Source: an uncultured delta proteobacterium
Lineage (GTDB): Bacteria > Myxococcota_A > Polyangia > Palsa-1104
Direction of reading: 5' to 3'
Assembly: GCA_963785725.1 (NCBI GenBank)
Contig: CAWAWS010000005.1
Coordinates: forward strand, 288,001-352,000
Length of the DNA stretch: 64,000 bases
In this document: in pieces, positions 10,088-21,662 of the stretch
Layout: every line of letters begins with the position of its first letter
Numbering within the stretch: position 1 is the first letter of the stretch
The notes under the pieces: model-generated
What the model was told of the DNA's origin: nothing
Seen by the model: only the letters and a program-made list of their open reading frames with translations
The model's database searches: none
Made by a program: the position numbers and the translations under genes

Positions 10088-10336
10088 TCAACCGACGAGC
10101 AGCCAGGCCAAGAGCGCGCTCAACAGCATGACGACGCCCACGGCCCCGGTGGCGACGGCGCGGCGCGCGGCTTTGCGGGCGCGCGTGCGCACTTCGTCGC
10201 GGTGGCGCGCGGCGGACGACAGCTCGCCGCCGCAGCGCGGACAGAGCGCCGTGCCTTCCGGAAAAGGCTCGTCGCAGCGAACGCACCAGCGGCCGCGGTC
10301 GTGCGGGCGAAATTGGACGTCGATGACTTTGCCCAA
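10088..10336 (-). CDS. Small zinc-ribbon membrane protein
   Basis: CVRC and CPRC pairs; C-terminal hydrophobic helix. Confidence 0.55.
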   Translation of the reverse strand: MGKVIDVQFRPHDRGRWCVRCDEPFPEGTALCPRCGGELSSAARHRDEVRTRARKAARRAVATGAVGVVMLLSALLAWLLVG

Positions 10337-10412
10337 TCTCCACTAGCATAGCGCAACTACGAGCCGGCGTCCCTCTTGATCGGCAGCGCCTGATGCGCAG
10401 ATCCTGCCAGTC

Positions 10413-11516
10413 ATGCAGCCACCGGTGGACCATCCAGACGAGATCCTGGTCGTGGACGACGATCAGGACAACCGCTCGGTCTACGCGCTCCTGCTCGCCG
10501 ACGCCGGTTACGCGGTGCGTGAGGCGGCCGACGGCGAGCGCTGCCTAACGGCGGTCGCGCAGAAGCGGCCGTCGCTCATCGTGCTCGACGTGTCGATGCC
10601 GGGCATGGACGGCTTCGAGACGCTGCGCCGGCTGCGCGCCGGCCAGTTTCACGACCTCCCCGTCATTCTCGTCACCGGTAATCGCATCGATCCCGAGTCG
10701 ATCGGCTCGGGCTTGGAGCTGGGCGCCGAGGAATATCTGCAGAAGCCGGTGCGCGCCGGCGAGCTGCGCGCCCGCATTCGCGCGCTCCTCAAGCTGGCGG
10801 CGACGCGGCGCGAGCTCGAGGCGCTCAAGCGCGATCAGACGGCGATGCTGGTGCACGATCTCAAGCAGCCGCTGGCGATCATCGCGCTGCGCGCCGAGTT
10901 CATCGAGGACGAAGATCCCAGCCTCGAGACCAAGCAGTCGGCCAAGACGATCCGCTCGGCCTGCCGGCAAATGGAGCAGCTCATCAACGGCGTGCTCGAG
11001 CTGTCGCGCGTCGAGGCCGGCCACTTGACGCTGGCGCGCGCGCCGGTGGCGCTCGACGCGCTCGTCGCCGAGACCGTGGACGAGATGCGCGACCTCGGCG
11101 TGCGCCGCGAGATCGCCATCGCGCTCGACACCGAAGCGCTGGGGCCGCCGAACGATCTCGACCGCTCCAAGATCGTGCAAGTCGTACAGAATCTCGTCGG
11201 CAACGCGCTCAAGTTCACGCCCGCGGGCGGGCGCATCGACGTCAGCGTGCGGCGCGCCGGGCACGAAGCGGTGGTGGCCGTCGAGGACACCGGGCCCGGC
11301 TTCGGCGACGCCGACGTCGCGCAGCTGTTCGACCGCTGGCACCAGACGCGCGCCGGCCGCGAGCGCGGCGGCAGCGGCCTAGGCCTCGCCATCGCGCGCG
11401 CCATCGTCGAGGCGCACGGCGGACGCATCGGCGCCGGCCATCGCACCGACGGCAAACGCGGCGCGCGCTTCTGGTTCACGCTGCCGCTCGGCGTGGCGCT
11501 CGCCGCCAACGGCTGA
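10413..11516 (+). CDS. Hybrid response regulator / histidine kinase (REC-HisKA-HATPase)
   Basis: ILVVDD, LDVSMPGMDG, KP; HDLKQPL; NLVGNALKF; DTGPG; GSGLGL. Confidence 0.9.
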   Translation: MQPPVDHPDEILVVDDDQDNRSVYALLLADAGYAVREAADGERCLTAVAQKRPSLIVLDVSMPGMDGFETLRRLRAGQFHDLPVILVTGNRIDPESIGSGLELGAEEYLQKPVRAGELRARIRALLKLAATRRELEALKRDQTAMLVHDLKQPLAIIALRAEFIEDEDPSLETKQSAKTIRSACRQMEQLINGVLELSRVEAGHLTLARAPVALDALVAETVDEMRDLGVRREIAIALDTEALGPPNDLDRSKIVQVVQNLVGNALKFTPAGGRIDVSVRRAGHEAVVAVEDTGPGFGDADVAQLFDRWHQTRAGRERGGSGLGLAIARAIVEAHGGRIGAGHRTDGKRGARFWFTLPLGVALAANG

Positions 11517-11659
11517 AGGCGCGCCCTACTTCGTCTTCGCTTTGGCCCGCAAGATCGGCTTGCCGCTGACGGTCGCGTGCGCCGGCGGCCGCGTGCAGTA
11601 GTCGCCGATGCCGCCGGCCAGCAGCTCAAACCCGCGCTCGCCCAGCGCCGACAGCGCCG

Positions 11660-12353
11660 CCAACTCCGGCATGCAGAACGCGCACAACCTCGCGTGGAAG
11701 CTCGCCGCCGTCCTCGCCGGCTAGGCCGGCTCGGCGCTGCTCGACACCTACGACGCCGAGCGCCGCCCCGTCGCCGCCGCCGTCGGCGCCATCGCCGGCA
11801 ACATGAACGACGCGCGCGGCCTCATCCGCGTCGGCCGAGGCCTCGGCTTTCTGTGGAGCATGCGCAAGTTCTTCCCCTATTTGACGATGGGCTACGGTTA
11901 CGCCTCGACGGCGATCGCGCTCGCGCGCGGCCGCGACCGGGACCCGGCACGACCGAGCTGCGCGGCCGACCGGGCACGCGGCTGCCGCACGCGTGGGTCG
12001 ATCGCAACGGCGCGCGCTGCTCGACGCTGGACGCGGTCGGGCGCGGCTTTACGCTGATCGCCGGCCGCGACGGCGCCGCTTGGCGCACGGCCGCGCAGAC
12101 GGCCTTCGCGCAACTCGCCATGCCGCTGACGACGCTGACCTTAGGCGTCGATCTCGGTGATCCTGAGCGTCGCGCGCAGCGGGCGTTCGGCATCGAGCCG
12201 ACGGGCGCGCTGCTCGTTCGCCCCGACGGCATCGTTGCCTGGCGCGCGCGCGTGGCCAGCGTCGATTCGGCCGCTGCGCTGAGCGCCGTCCTCGCGCAGC
12301 TACTCGACCGCGCCCCGCCCACGATCGCCGTTACCCACTCGAAACGCGCTTGA
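11660..12353 (+). pseudogene. Remnant of an FAD-dependent monooxygenase (phenol hydroxylase/RdmE-like), C-terminal half only
   Basis: [36 protein letters not shown] with TAG at 11722-11724; frameshift near 11940 into GRPGTRLPHAW...GALLVRPDGIVAWR; no N-terminal FAD-binding domain upstream. Confidence 0.75.
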
Positions 12354-12386
12354 CGTTTGATCTTCGACAACGGTAGCGTGCGCCCG

Positions 12387-13265
12387 ATGCGCCGCGCCAT
12401 GCCCTACGTGTGCCTCGCCTTCGCCATCTCCTGCACGAACTCGACGGAGACGCCTACTCCGACGGGTCCGGTCGCGGAGACCACGTCGCCCAAAGACTCG
12501 CCGACGGCCTACAAGGTGCTCGCCGACGAGGTCAACAAGCAGGCGAACACGGCCGACTACCACGTGCTCTTGCCCGCGCAGCCCAAGCACGACGACGCCG
12601 ACGCGCTGCTCAAGTATCTATATCGCCACTTGATGACGCGCAACGAAGAGCCGCCGGCGGGCGTCGCGGCCTACGTCTACAGCGACGAGGCGCAGTACAA
12701 GACGCCGCCGCGCTCGCCCATCGCCAGCGTCATTCAGAAGCCGGGCGACGTCGGGCCGACCTTCGAGAACAAGGTGCCGCTCGAGTTCTGGCAGCAGATC
12801 GATCAGGCGATCCCGCACTCCGACAAGGGTTGGAAGCTGGAGAAGAAGATCGAGCGCGATGACGCGCAAAAGACGCTGACCATCACGTACAACTACACCG
12901 AGCCCGGCAAAGACGAATGGGCCGAGAAGCTCGGCTACAACCAGGCGATGGCCGAGTTCGCCGACGTCGCCAAGGACCTGTTCGAGAAGGTGCCGGAGCT
13001 GCACGCGATGACGTTCGTCGGGCGCTGGAAGGATCAGGACGTCGTCAAGATCTCGCTCGATCGCACGCAATATCAGGCGATCAACTTGGGCGACCTCGAG
13101 GAGCAGATCGGTCAGCTGCACGGCCGCGCGTTCCTCGAATTGTCGACGGGCAAAGGCAGCGACGCCTCGGTCGCCAAGAGCAACGCGCAGCGCATGCAAG
13201 CCCTCTACAAGAAGACACTCGGACAGCTCAAAGGGCATGTCTGGGTCGCTCCGACGCTGAAGTAA
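12387..13265 (+). CDS. Hypothetical lipoprotein at the head of the maltodextrin locus
   Basis: Lipobox AISC; codon usage typical of this genome; TAA stop overlaps the porin ATG (TAATG). Confidence 0.75.
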   Translation: MRRAMPYVCLAFAISCTNSTETPTPTGPVAETTSPKDSPTAYKVLADEVNKQANTADYHVLLPAQPKHDDADALLKYLYRHLMTRNEEPPAGVAAYVYSDEAQYKTPPRSPIASVIQKPGDVGPTFENKVPLEFWQQIDQAIPHSDKGWKLEKKIERDDAQKTLTITYNYTEPGKDEWAEKLGYNQAMAEFADVAKDLFEKVPELHAMTFVGRWKDQDVVKISLDRTQYQAINLGDLEEQIGQLHGRAFLELSTGKGSDASVAKSNAQRMQALYKKTLGQLKGHVWVAPTLK

Positions 13266-14812
13266 TGGGCGTCGTGCGATTCAGCGGCCTATTTTTATGC
13301 CTGACCATGGCGTCACTCATTTCAGAGTCGCGCTGTTGGGGTGATGCGCCGGCGGCTCCGGCGCAGAGCACGGCGCTGTCGCCCGGAAGCGCGACGGCGC
13401 CGGCGGGTTCCGTCGATCCGGCGCCGGCCGCGCTCGATTCGCGGACGCCCAAGGGCGAGAAGAGCATCGCCGCCGAGGGCACGGCGCGCCAGCCGGGCTC
13501 GCCGCCGCCGGCCGACGAGACGGCGACCGGGTTCGACTTCGGCAGCTACGGCCGCATCGGCATCGGCATCGACGGCCGCGGCCACGAGGGCTACTCGACC
13601 AACGTCGTCTCGCACGGCTCGCGGCTGGAAGAGGCGCCCTACCTCGAGCTGAACTTCTATTACTCGCGCTCGGTCGGCGGCGATCCGCACAAGCGCTGGC
13701 GCGTCGTCTTCGTGCCTGCGTTCGCCGGCGGCGATCTCTTCCACTACACGGGCGACTTCACGTCGCACTTTGCCGTCCGCAACGCCTACGCCGAGACGCT
13801 CAACGTCGGCATCGAGGGCTTGTCGTTGTGGGCCGGCTCGCGCATGTACCGCGGCGACGACATCTACCTCTTCGACTACTGGCCGCTCGACAACTTGAAC
13901 ACCGTCGGCGCGGGCGCCAAATTCGAGCGCCACAAATTCGACGTCGCCCTGCACGTCGGCCTCAACCGCCTCGACGACCTCTATCAGTACGAAGTCTTGG
14001 CCACGCCGCCGCGCGGTCTCGGTCCCGCCGGCTCATCGGTGGTGCTCGATCGGCCGCGCTTCGTGTCGTCGCTCAAGCTGCAGCAGCGCTTCGGCGACTT
14101 TCCCGGCCTGAAAGTGGCGCTGTACGGCGAGTTGCACCTGCTACCGGCCGGCAGCGAGGTCGATGCGACGACCATGCTGCACACGGCGCTGCCGAGCGAC
14201 ACGGGCTGGGTCGTCGGCGCGCAGCTCGGCGGTTGGCTGCGGCCGTTCGTCTTCGCGAACCTGTGGGTGCGCGCCGCCGGCGGCCTCGCGGCCTACGGCG
14301 AGCTGTCGGTGCCGACCGGGCTCGATCCGACGCGCTCGGTCGCCCGCGCTCGCGAAGTCGTCATCGCGCTCTCGGCCAACTGGGAGTCGAGGCGCCTCGG
14401 CCTCATGGCCGGCGCTTACGTTCGCCGCTTCACCGACGCCAGCACCGCTTCGTTCAACCCCAACAGCTACTGGGAAGGCATCATCGCGCTGCGTCCGCAC
14501 ATCTACTGGAACGAATTTTTCCACAGCGCCATCGAGCTGTCGTATCAGGCGCGCCGCGCCGACGGCGACGACTTCGTCGCCAACCGCATCCTGACGCCGC
14601 AGGTCTTCCGCTTCTCGGCGCTGCCGCTGGTGGCGCCGCTCGGTCGCGGCACCTATTCGCGCCCGCAGCTCTACCTCGTCTACACGCTGTCGGTCATGAA
14701 CAGCGACAGCTACCAGGCGCTGTACGATCCGACCGACTACCGCTACGGCCAGAACGTCGTTCACTACATCGGGACAGGAGTCGAGTGGTGGTTCAACTCA
14801 AGTTACCGCTAG
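13265..14812 (+). CDS. LamB/maltoporin-like carbohydrate porin
   Basis: FDFGSYGR; WAGSRMYRGDDIYLFDYWPLD; C-terminal GVEWWF typical of LamB-family porins; located in an amylase/ABC cluster. Confidence 0.75.
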   Translation: MGVVRFSGLFLCLTMASLISESRCWGDAPAAPAQSTALSPGSATAPAGSVDPAPAALDSRTPKGEKSIAAEGTARQPGSPPPADETATGFDFGSYGRIGIGIDGRGHEGYSTNVVSHGSRLEEAPYLELNFYYSRSVGGDPHKRWRVVFVPAFAGGDLFHYTGDFTSHFAVRNAYAETLNVGIEGLSLWAGSRMYRGDDIYLFDYWPLDNLNTVGAGAKFERHKFDVALHVGLNRLDDLYQYEVLATPPRGLGPAGSSVVLDRPRFVSSLKLQQRFGDFPGLKVALYGELHLLPAGSEVDATTMLHTALPSDTGWVVGAQLGGWLRPFVFANLWVRAAGGLAAYGELSVPTGLDPTRSVARAREVVIALSANWESRRLGLMAGAYVRRFTDASTASFNPNSYWEGIIALRPHIYWNEFFHSAIELSYQARRADGDDFVANRILTPQVFRFSALPLVAPLGRGTYSRPQLYLVYTLSVMNSDSYQALYDPTDYRYGQNVVHYIGTGVEWWFNSSYR

Positions 14813-16716
14813 TCATTGCGACGATGTTGGCGCTTTCGCCGGGCTGCAGCGAGCCGCCCGAAGTCGGCGACTGGAAGACGACCGGCGGCCAAACCGGCGA
14901 CTGGCGCGACGAGGTCGTCTATCAGCTCCTCGTCGACCGCTTCGCCGACGGCGATCTGAACAACGACGTCTCCGTCGTTCCAGGCGCGCTCGGCCTCTAT
15001 CAAGGCGGCGATTGGCAAGGCGTCATCGACCACCTCGACTATCTGAAGACGCTGGGCGTGACCGCGCTGTGGATCTCGCCGGTCGTGCGCAACCTCGAGA
15101 CCGATGCCAACTTCGACGGCTATCACGGCTATTGGCAGCAGGACTTTACGCACGTCAATCCGCACTTCGGCGACATGGCCAAGCTGCGCGAGCTGACGAC
15201 GAAAGCGCACGCGCAAGGCTTCAAGGTCATCCTCGACATCGTCACCAATCACGTCGCGCAGCTGTTTTATTACGACATCAACGGCAACGGCAGCCCCGAC
15301 GAAACCGTCTACGGCGCCGGCTGCGGCGAGCAGGCGCCGGCCGACGTGCAGCCGTGTCCGGGCGGCGCCATCATCACGCACATCTCGGAGTACGATCCCG
15401 ACTTCGATCCGAACGGCGTCCGCGGCTATTCGTCGCTGGGCTTCTCGGGACCGGCGCCGGTGCGCTGGATTTACGACGCGGCCATCGATCGCCAGCCGAC
15501 GTTGCCGGGCGCGGGCGCGAGCCAAGAGACCTCGCGCCAATTCGGCTTCCAGCGGCTCGACTGGTACCACAAAAAAGGGCGCATCACCGACTACGGCATC
15601 CGCGATCAAGTGCTCACCGGCGACTTTCCCGGCGGCTTGAAGGACCTGGCGACCGAGCGCGACGACGTGACGGCGGCGCTGACGGCGGTGTTCGCGCGCT
15701 GGATTCAGGCGGGCGACTTCGACGGCTTCCGCATCGATACGCTCAAGCACGTCGACCATCCGTTCTGGCAGAGCTTCGCGGGAAATCTGCGCAAATACGT
15801 GAGCGGGCAGATGACGCTGCCCGATCCGACCGATCCCAACGACGCCAACAAGACGGTGCCGCCCTTGACGGTGCCGAAGTCGAAGTTCTTCATGTTCGGC
15901 GAGTCCTTCGACGGCGACGACGTCTTGAACGGCAGCTACACGTTCAACCAAGAGGTCGACTCGACCTTCTACTTCTCGCAGAAGTTCAACGTCTTCGACA
16001 ACGTCTTCAAGAACAACGGCCCGACGACGGCGATTCAAGACCAGTTCAACAACAAAGAGACCGATTACGCGTCGGTGCCGAACGACAACGGCGTGGGCGT
16101 GGCGGCGCGCGACATCCTCGTCAACTTCCTCGACAACCACGACGTGCCGCGCTTTTTGTTCGACAAGCCGTCCGTGCCGGCGCTGCACAACGCGCTCGCC
16201 TATCTCATGACGGAAGATGGCGTGCCGTGCATTTATTACGGCACCGAGCAGGAGTTCGACGGCGGCAACGATCCCTACAATCGCGAGCGCTTGTGGGACA
16301 CGAACTTCGACACGACCAACGCGACGTTTCAGTGGATTCAGCGGCTGATTCGCATTCGCAAGGCCTACGCGCCGCTGCGTGAGGGCGCGCTGAACATCGT
16401 GTGGTCGACGGCGCACGTGGCGACGGAAGAGGACGCGAACCTCATCGCCTTCGAGCGCAGCTTGAACGGGCATACGATGTTGATGGTCATGAATACGAGC
16501 GACACGCAGGCCTCGGAGACGTCGTCGGCGCAGACCGGCGGCGCGCCCATGACGACGAGCTTTGCGGCAGGGACAGCGCTCGTCGACATCTTGGCGGCGG
16601 CCGGCGATCCGAGCGCCAGCCTCACGGTCGGCGCGAACGGCGCGCTGACCGTGCCGGTGGCGGCGCGTGGCGCGCGCATCTTGGTGCCGGCGGGCGACGT
16701 GGTCGCGCTTCAGTAA
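14785..16716 (+). CDS. GH13 alpha-amylase family lipoprotein
   Basis: CAGGAG SD before GTG; lipobox [50 protein letters not shown]. Confidence 0.9.
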   Translation: MVVQLKLPLVIATMLALSPGCSEPPEVGDWKTTGGQTGDWRDEVVYQLLVDRFADGDLNNDVSVVPGALGLYQGGDWQGVIDHLDYLKTLGVTALWISPVVRNLETDANFDGYHGYWQQDFTHVNPHFGDMAKLRELTTKAHAQGFKVILDIVTNHVAQLFYYDINGNGSPDETVYGAGCGEQAPADVQPCPGGAIITHISEYDPDFDPNGVRGYSSLGFSGPAPVRWIYDAAIDRQPTLPGAGASQETSRQFGFQRLDWYHKKGRITDYGIRDQVLTGDFPGGLKDLATERDDVTAALTAVFARWIQAGDFDGFRIDTLKHVDHPFWQSFAGNLRKYVSGQMTLPDPTDPNDANKTVPPLTVPKSKFFMFGESFDGDDVLNGSYTFNQEVDSTFYFSQKFNVFDNVFKNNGPTTAIQDQFNNKETDYASVPNDNGVGVAARDILVNFLDNHDVPRFLFDKPSVPALHNALAYLMTEDGVPCIYYGTEQEFDGGNDPYNRERLWDTNFDTTNATFQWIQRLIRIRKAYAPLREGALNIVWSTAHVATEEDANLIAFERSLNGHTMLMVMNTSDTQASETSSAQTGGAPMTTSFAAGTALVDILAAAGDPSASLTVGANGALTVPVAARGARILVPAGDVVALQ

Positions 16717-16735
16717 GGGCGCGACGAGGACGGGT

Positions 16736-17795
16736 ATGGCGGAGCTGAAGATCGTAAACGTCGGCAAGGATCGCGGCGCGGCGCGCATTTTGGGCGACGT
16801 CTCGCTCACCGTCGCCGACGGCGAGCTGCTCGTGCTCGTCGGTCCGTCGGGCTGCGGCAAGTCGACGCTCTTGCGCTGCATCGCCGGCCTCGAGCCTTTG
16901 TCGCGCGGCGCCATCGTCATGAATGGGGTCGACATCTCCGCGGCCGAGCCGCGCGATCGCGACATCGCCATGGTCTTTCAGAGCTACGCGCTCTATCCGC
17001 ATTTGACGGTGCGCGAGAACTTGGCCTTCGGGCTCAAGATGCGCAAGACGCCGAAAGCCGAGATTGCGCAGCGCATCGGCGAAGCGGCGGACATGCTCGG
17101 GTTGACGCCCATGCTCGATCGGCGGCCGGCGCAGCTGTCGGGCGGGCAGCGGCAGCGCGTGGCGATGGGTCGCGCGGTCGTGCAGGCGCCCCAAGGTCTT
17201 CCTCTTCGACGAGCCGCTGTCGAACTTGGACGCGGCCTTGCGCGGGCAGATGCGGCTCGAGCTCATGCGGCTGCATCAGCGTTTGCAAGCGACCATGGTC
17301 TACGTCACGCACGACCAAGTGGAGGCGATGACGCTCGCCGACCGCATCGCCGTCCTCGACCAGGGCGCGCTCATGCAGGTGGGACCGCCGAGCGAGCTCT
17401 ATCAGCGGCCGGCGAACCTCTTCGTCGCGCGCTTCATCGGCACGCCGGAGATGAACGTCGTCGACGCGCGCGCCGCCGCGGCCTCTGGTCTTTCGCCGCC
17501 CTTGCCGCCCGAGGTCGCGTCGGTGGGCGTGCGCGCCGAGGATTTACGCCTGGTCGGCGCCGCGCAGCCGGGCGCGCTGGCCGCGCAAGTCGACGTCGTC
17601 GAGCACTTGGGCCCGGAAGCGCTCGTGCACGTGCGCGTCGACATGATCGAGCTGGTCGCGCGCGTCGCCGCGCCGGCCGTGCCGCGCACCGGCGAGCGCG
17701 TCGCCCTCGCCGTCGACGCCGCGCAGCTCCACCTGTTCGACGGCAGCGGCGCGCGTGTCGAGCGGTCGACCGCGGCCCAACAAGCGGCGCGCTGA
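16736..17795 (+). CDS. malK: Sugar ABC transporter ATP-binding protein (apparent frameshift near 17190)
   Basis: [33 protein letters not shown]; then in the shifted frame [27 protein letters not shown] and a TOBE-like tail. Confidence 0.88.
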
Positions 17796-17870
17796 TGGTT
17801 CACACGATCGTTAACTATTGCGCGATCCGTTAATGATCGATCGCGTCGACTATTGCCGCAATCGTGAACG

Positions 17871-20010
17871 ATGTTAGCGCCGGCGTTCTTGGTCGCGCAG
17901 GTCGTCCTCTGGCACGCCTACCGCGCCGACGAGCAGCGCGCGCTCGAGGCCTGCGTCGCCGTGTGGAACCGGACGCACGCGGAGTCGCACGTCGAGGCGG
18001 TGGCGCTGCCGTTCGACGGCTACGCGGCCAAGCTGGAGGCGGCGATTCCGCGCGGCAACGGGCCCGACCTGTTCGTCGGCTCGCATGAGGCGGTCGGCGA
18101 TTGGGCGCGCCTCGGGCTCGTCGAGCCGCTGGAGACGCAGGTGGCGCCGGCGACGCTCGCGCAATTCCTCGACGGCACGGTCACGCCGCTGCGCACCCAC
18201 GGCCACTTGTATGGCCTGCCGCTGGCCTTCAAGAGCTTGGCGCTGTTCTATCGCCGCGATCGGGTGCCGGTGCCGCCGCGTACCACGGACGCGCTGCTGG
18301 GGCTGGCGCGGGCGACGAAAGCGAGCCAGCCGGGCCACTATGCGTTGGCCTACGAGGCGGGCTCGTTCTTCTATCACGCGGCCTGGCTGCACGGCTTCGG
18401 CGGCCATATCCTCGACGCGCACGACCAGCCGGCGCTGACGTCGGACGCGGCGGTGGCGTCGGTGGCGTTCGTGCGCCTGTTGGCGGCCGAGCAGCTGTTG
18501 CCGGCGGAGTCGACGAGCGTCGTCGCGGCGCAGCTGTTCAACGACGGCCGCGCCGGCATGATCATCAACGGGCCCTGGTTCGCCGGCGACATCGCGCCCG
18601 GCGTACCCTGGGCGGTGGCGCCGCTGCCGACGGTGAGCGCGACCGGCTTGCCGGCGGCGCCGCTCGTGACCATCGAGGCGCTGCTCTTGCCGGCACGGGC
18701 GCATGAGCCGGCGGCGGCGTTGGCGTTCGCGACCTGGCTCGCCGGCGCCGAGGCGGCGCGGATTCGCGCGCGCATCGGCCGGCAGACGGTGGCGGCGCGC
18801 GCGGCCTGGGACGATCCGCAGATCGCCGGCGATCCGCTGCTGTCGGCGTTTCGCGCGCAGCTGGCCGCGACGGTGCCGATGTCGAACGCGCCGGCCATGC
18901 GCCAAGTGTGGGAGCCGGCGCAACAGGCGCTGCGTCAGGTGCTGCGCGGCGCCGTCGAGCCGCGCGTCGCGCTCGCCGCCGCACAGGCGCGCATCTTGAC
19001 GGCGTTGCGACCACCGCCGCCGCCGGCGCCGGCGCTGCCCTACTTGCTGGCGTCGGCGCTGCTGGCGATGGCGGCGCTCGGCTATGGCCTGCGCCACGCC
19101 CGCGACCGTCTGCCGCTCATGCGCCGCGACGCCAACGCCTACGTCTATCTGGCGCCGGCGGCGGTCGCCATGATCGTGCTCGTCTTCGTGCCCTTCACCG
19201 TCGGCGCCGGCATGTCGCTGTTCTGGCACGACGCCGGCCGCTGGACGTTCGTCGGCGCGCGCAACTTCGTCGACATCCTCGCCTCGCGCGACTGCCGCAT
19301 CACCGACCCGCTCAGCTTCTACTTCACGCTCGCGGTGACCGCGCTGTGGACGGTCTGCAACGTCGCGCTGCACGTGCTCATCGGCGTCGTCGCTGGCGCT
19401 CCTCTTACGCGATCCGCTGCTCAAGCTGCGCGGCGTCTATCGCGTGCTGCTGATCGTGCCGTGGGCGGTGCCCAACTACATCACCGCGCTGATCTGGAAG
19501 GGCATGTTCCACCGGCAGTTCGGCGCCATCAACGGGCTGCTCGGCCTCTTCGGCATCGCAGCCCGTGTCGTGGTTCTCGCGCTTCTGGACGGCCTTCGCG
19601 GCCAACGTCGTCACCAACGTCTGGCTCGGCTTCCCGTTCATGATGGTGGTGACGCTGGGCGCGCTGCTCGCGCATCCCGAAGGAGCTGTACGAGGCGGCG
19701 GCGGTCGACGGCGCCAGTCGCTGGCAGCGCCTGCGCTACATCGTCCTGCCGCTTGCTCAAGCCGGCGCTGTTGCCGGCGGTCGTGCTCGGCGCCGTCTGG
19801 ACGTTCAACATGTTCAACATCGTCTTCCTCGTGTCGGGCGGCGAGCCCGACGGCGCGACCGACATCCTCGTCTCGGAGGCGTACCGCTGGGCGTTCACGC
19901 GCGGCCAGCGATACGGCTACGCCGCGGCCTACGCGGTCCTCATCTTCGCCATCTTGGCCGCGCAGACGCTGCTCAGTCGCGCCGCGCAGGCGGAGAGCGA
20001 GACGCGATGA
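17871..20010 (+). CDS. Fused maltodextrin-binding protein and permease (MalE-MalF type); several apparent frameshifts between about 19390 and 19760
   Basis: SBP segment (GNGPDLF, LYGLP, MIINGPW) runs in one frame through a Pro linker into permease TMs (YVYLAPA...FVGARNF); later frames give IVPWAVPNYIT, WLGFPFMM, LYEAAAVDGA (EAA loop), WTFNMFN. Confidence 0.8.
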
Positions 20011-20850
20011 AGCACGGCTCGCGCCATCTTCGCCGTGCACGCGGCGCTCATCGTCGCCGTCGTCGTCACGCTCTATCCGGTGCTGTGGGTGCTGAAGATG
20101 GCGCTGTCGCCGTCGCAGGGCTTCTCGCTGTCGCCGAGCCCGATTCCGACGGCGCTGACGCTGCAAAACTTCGTCGACGTCGTCACCACGCGCGACGACG
20201 GCGGCGCCTGGCTCTTCGGTCGCCAGCTCGTCAACTCGCTGGTCGTCGCGCTGTCGGTCACCGTCGTCGGTGTGGCGCTCGCCTGCTCCGCCGCCTACGC
20301 GCTGTCGCGCTTCTCGTTCCCCGGCCGCCAAGCGAGCCTGCGCGCCTTTCTGTTCTCGCAGATGTTCCCCGGCGTCGTGACGCTGATTCCGCTCTACGTC
20401 CTCCTCGACAAGCTGCACCTGCTCAATCGCCTGTCGGGCCTCGTGCTCGTCTACGCGACGACGGCGATTCCCTTTTGCGTCTGGATGCTCAAGGGCTACT
20501 TCGACACCCTGCCGCGCGAGCTGGAAGAGGCCGCGCTGCTCGACGGCGGCACGCGCTTCGACGCCTTTTGGCGCGTGGTGCTGCCGCTGGCGCGACCGGC
20601 GCTGGCGGTGACCGCGCTGTTCTGCTTCATGACGGCGTGGAACGAGTTCATCCTGGCCGCGACGTTCATGAACCATCCGCGCGCGTTCACGTTGCCGGTG
20701 GCGCTGCAGCGTTACGTCGGCGAGTACTCGACCGAATGGGGCCAGTTCGCCGCCGGCGCGCTCATCGTCTCGGTGCCGGTGATGGCGCTCTTCTTCGCGC
20801 TCCAGAAGCACCTCGTCGGCGGGCTGACGCAAGGCGGCGTCAAGGGTTAA
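20007..20850 (+). CDS. malG: Sugar ABC transporter permease (possible frameshift near 20025)
   Basis: SQMFPG, LKGYFDTLPRELEEAALLDG (EAA loop), AWNEF, GGLTQGGVKG. Confidence 0.88.
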
Positions 20851-21557
20851 CGCAGCGCTTCGGCGAGCGCGAGGATGGCGTCCCCGAGCGCCGTCAGGTC
20901 GTGCACGTCGGCGTCGGGCACCTCGTTGGCGTCGCGCGCTTCCTGCGCGACGTGGCGGCCGGTGCGCAGGCGAACGGCGCGCATGCCGAGCGCGCGCGCC
21001 GGCGCGATGTCGTTGTCGATGCGATCGCCGACCATGATGGTGCGCTCGGGCACGACGCCGAGCGCCTGGCACGCACGCAAGAAGAAGCGCGGGTCGGGCT
21101 TGCGGATGCCGTCGTCGCCGGGCAGCTCGACGTGGGTGAAGTTGCGATCGATGCCGACGCGCCTGAGCTCGCTGCGCACCTTATGCGGCTGATTGGCGAC
21201 GATGGCGAGCCGTAAGCCGCGACTCGACAGCCGCTGCAAGAGCGCGTCGGCGCCCGGTCGCAGCTCGATGCCGCCGCGCTCGCGATCGCGCGCGTCGCCG
21301 CCGGCCGCGACGCTGGCGTAGACGGCAGCAGCGACGGCGACGCGATCGGCGTGCGCCGCCGCCAGCGTCCAAATGATCGTGCGATAGGTGCTGGGCGCGA
21401 ACGAGTGCACCGCCGCCGCGCTCGCCCGCGCGTAGTCGTCGTCGCTGACGCCGATGCCGTGCCGCGCCAGCGCCACGCGGATGTCGCGATCGATGAGCGC
21501 CTCCCAGCGCAGCTCGCAGTCGATCGGACCGCCGACATCGAAGAGCACGCCCGTCAC
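20847..21557 (-). CDS. HAD-superfamily hydrolase
   Basis: VLFDVGGP, IVANQ, RKPDP, MVGDRIDND. Confidence 0.85.
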   Translation of the reverse strand: MTGVLFDVGGPIDCELRWEALIDRDIRVALARHGIGVSDDDYARASAAAVHSFAPSTYRTIIWTLAAAHADRVAVAAAVYASVAAGGDARDRERGGIELRPGADALLQRLSSRGLRLAIVANQPHKVRSELRRVGIDRNFTHVELPGDDGIRKPDPRFFLRACQALGVVPERTIMVGDRIDNDIAPARALGMRAVRLRTGRHVAQEARDANEVPDADVHDLTALGDAILALAEALR

Positions 21558-21662
21558 TCCAAAACCATACGCACGACCGTCTGACGCCGGTAGTCGCGCG
21601 CGCCGCCTTTGGGCCTTGATCGGCGGACGCGGCCATGGAATGGAAACCTGCTCGCAACGTCC

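Noticed and set aside
11722..11724. Amber recoding (pyrrolysine or stop reassignment)
   Set aside because: TAG ends many bona fide genes here (polA, apt, rplT, thrS and others), no pyl genes or suppressor tRNA are seen, and this gene is also truncated and frameshifted.
17150..20040. Maltodextrin ABC transporter decaying
   Set aside because: Several indels but no in-frame stops or motif erosion once frames are joined; more consistent with locally poor consensus. Cannot be fully excluded without reads.
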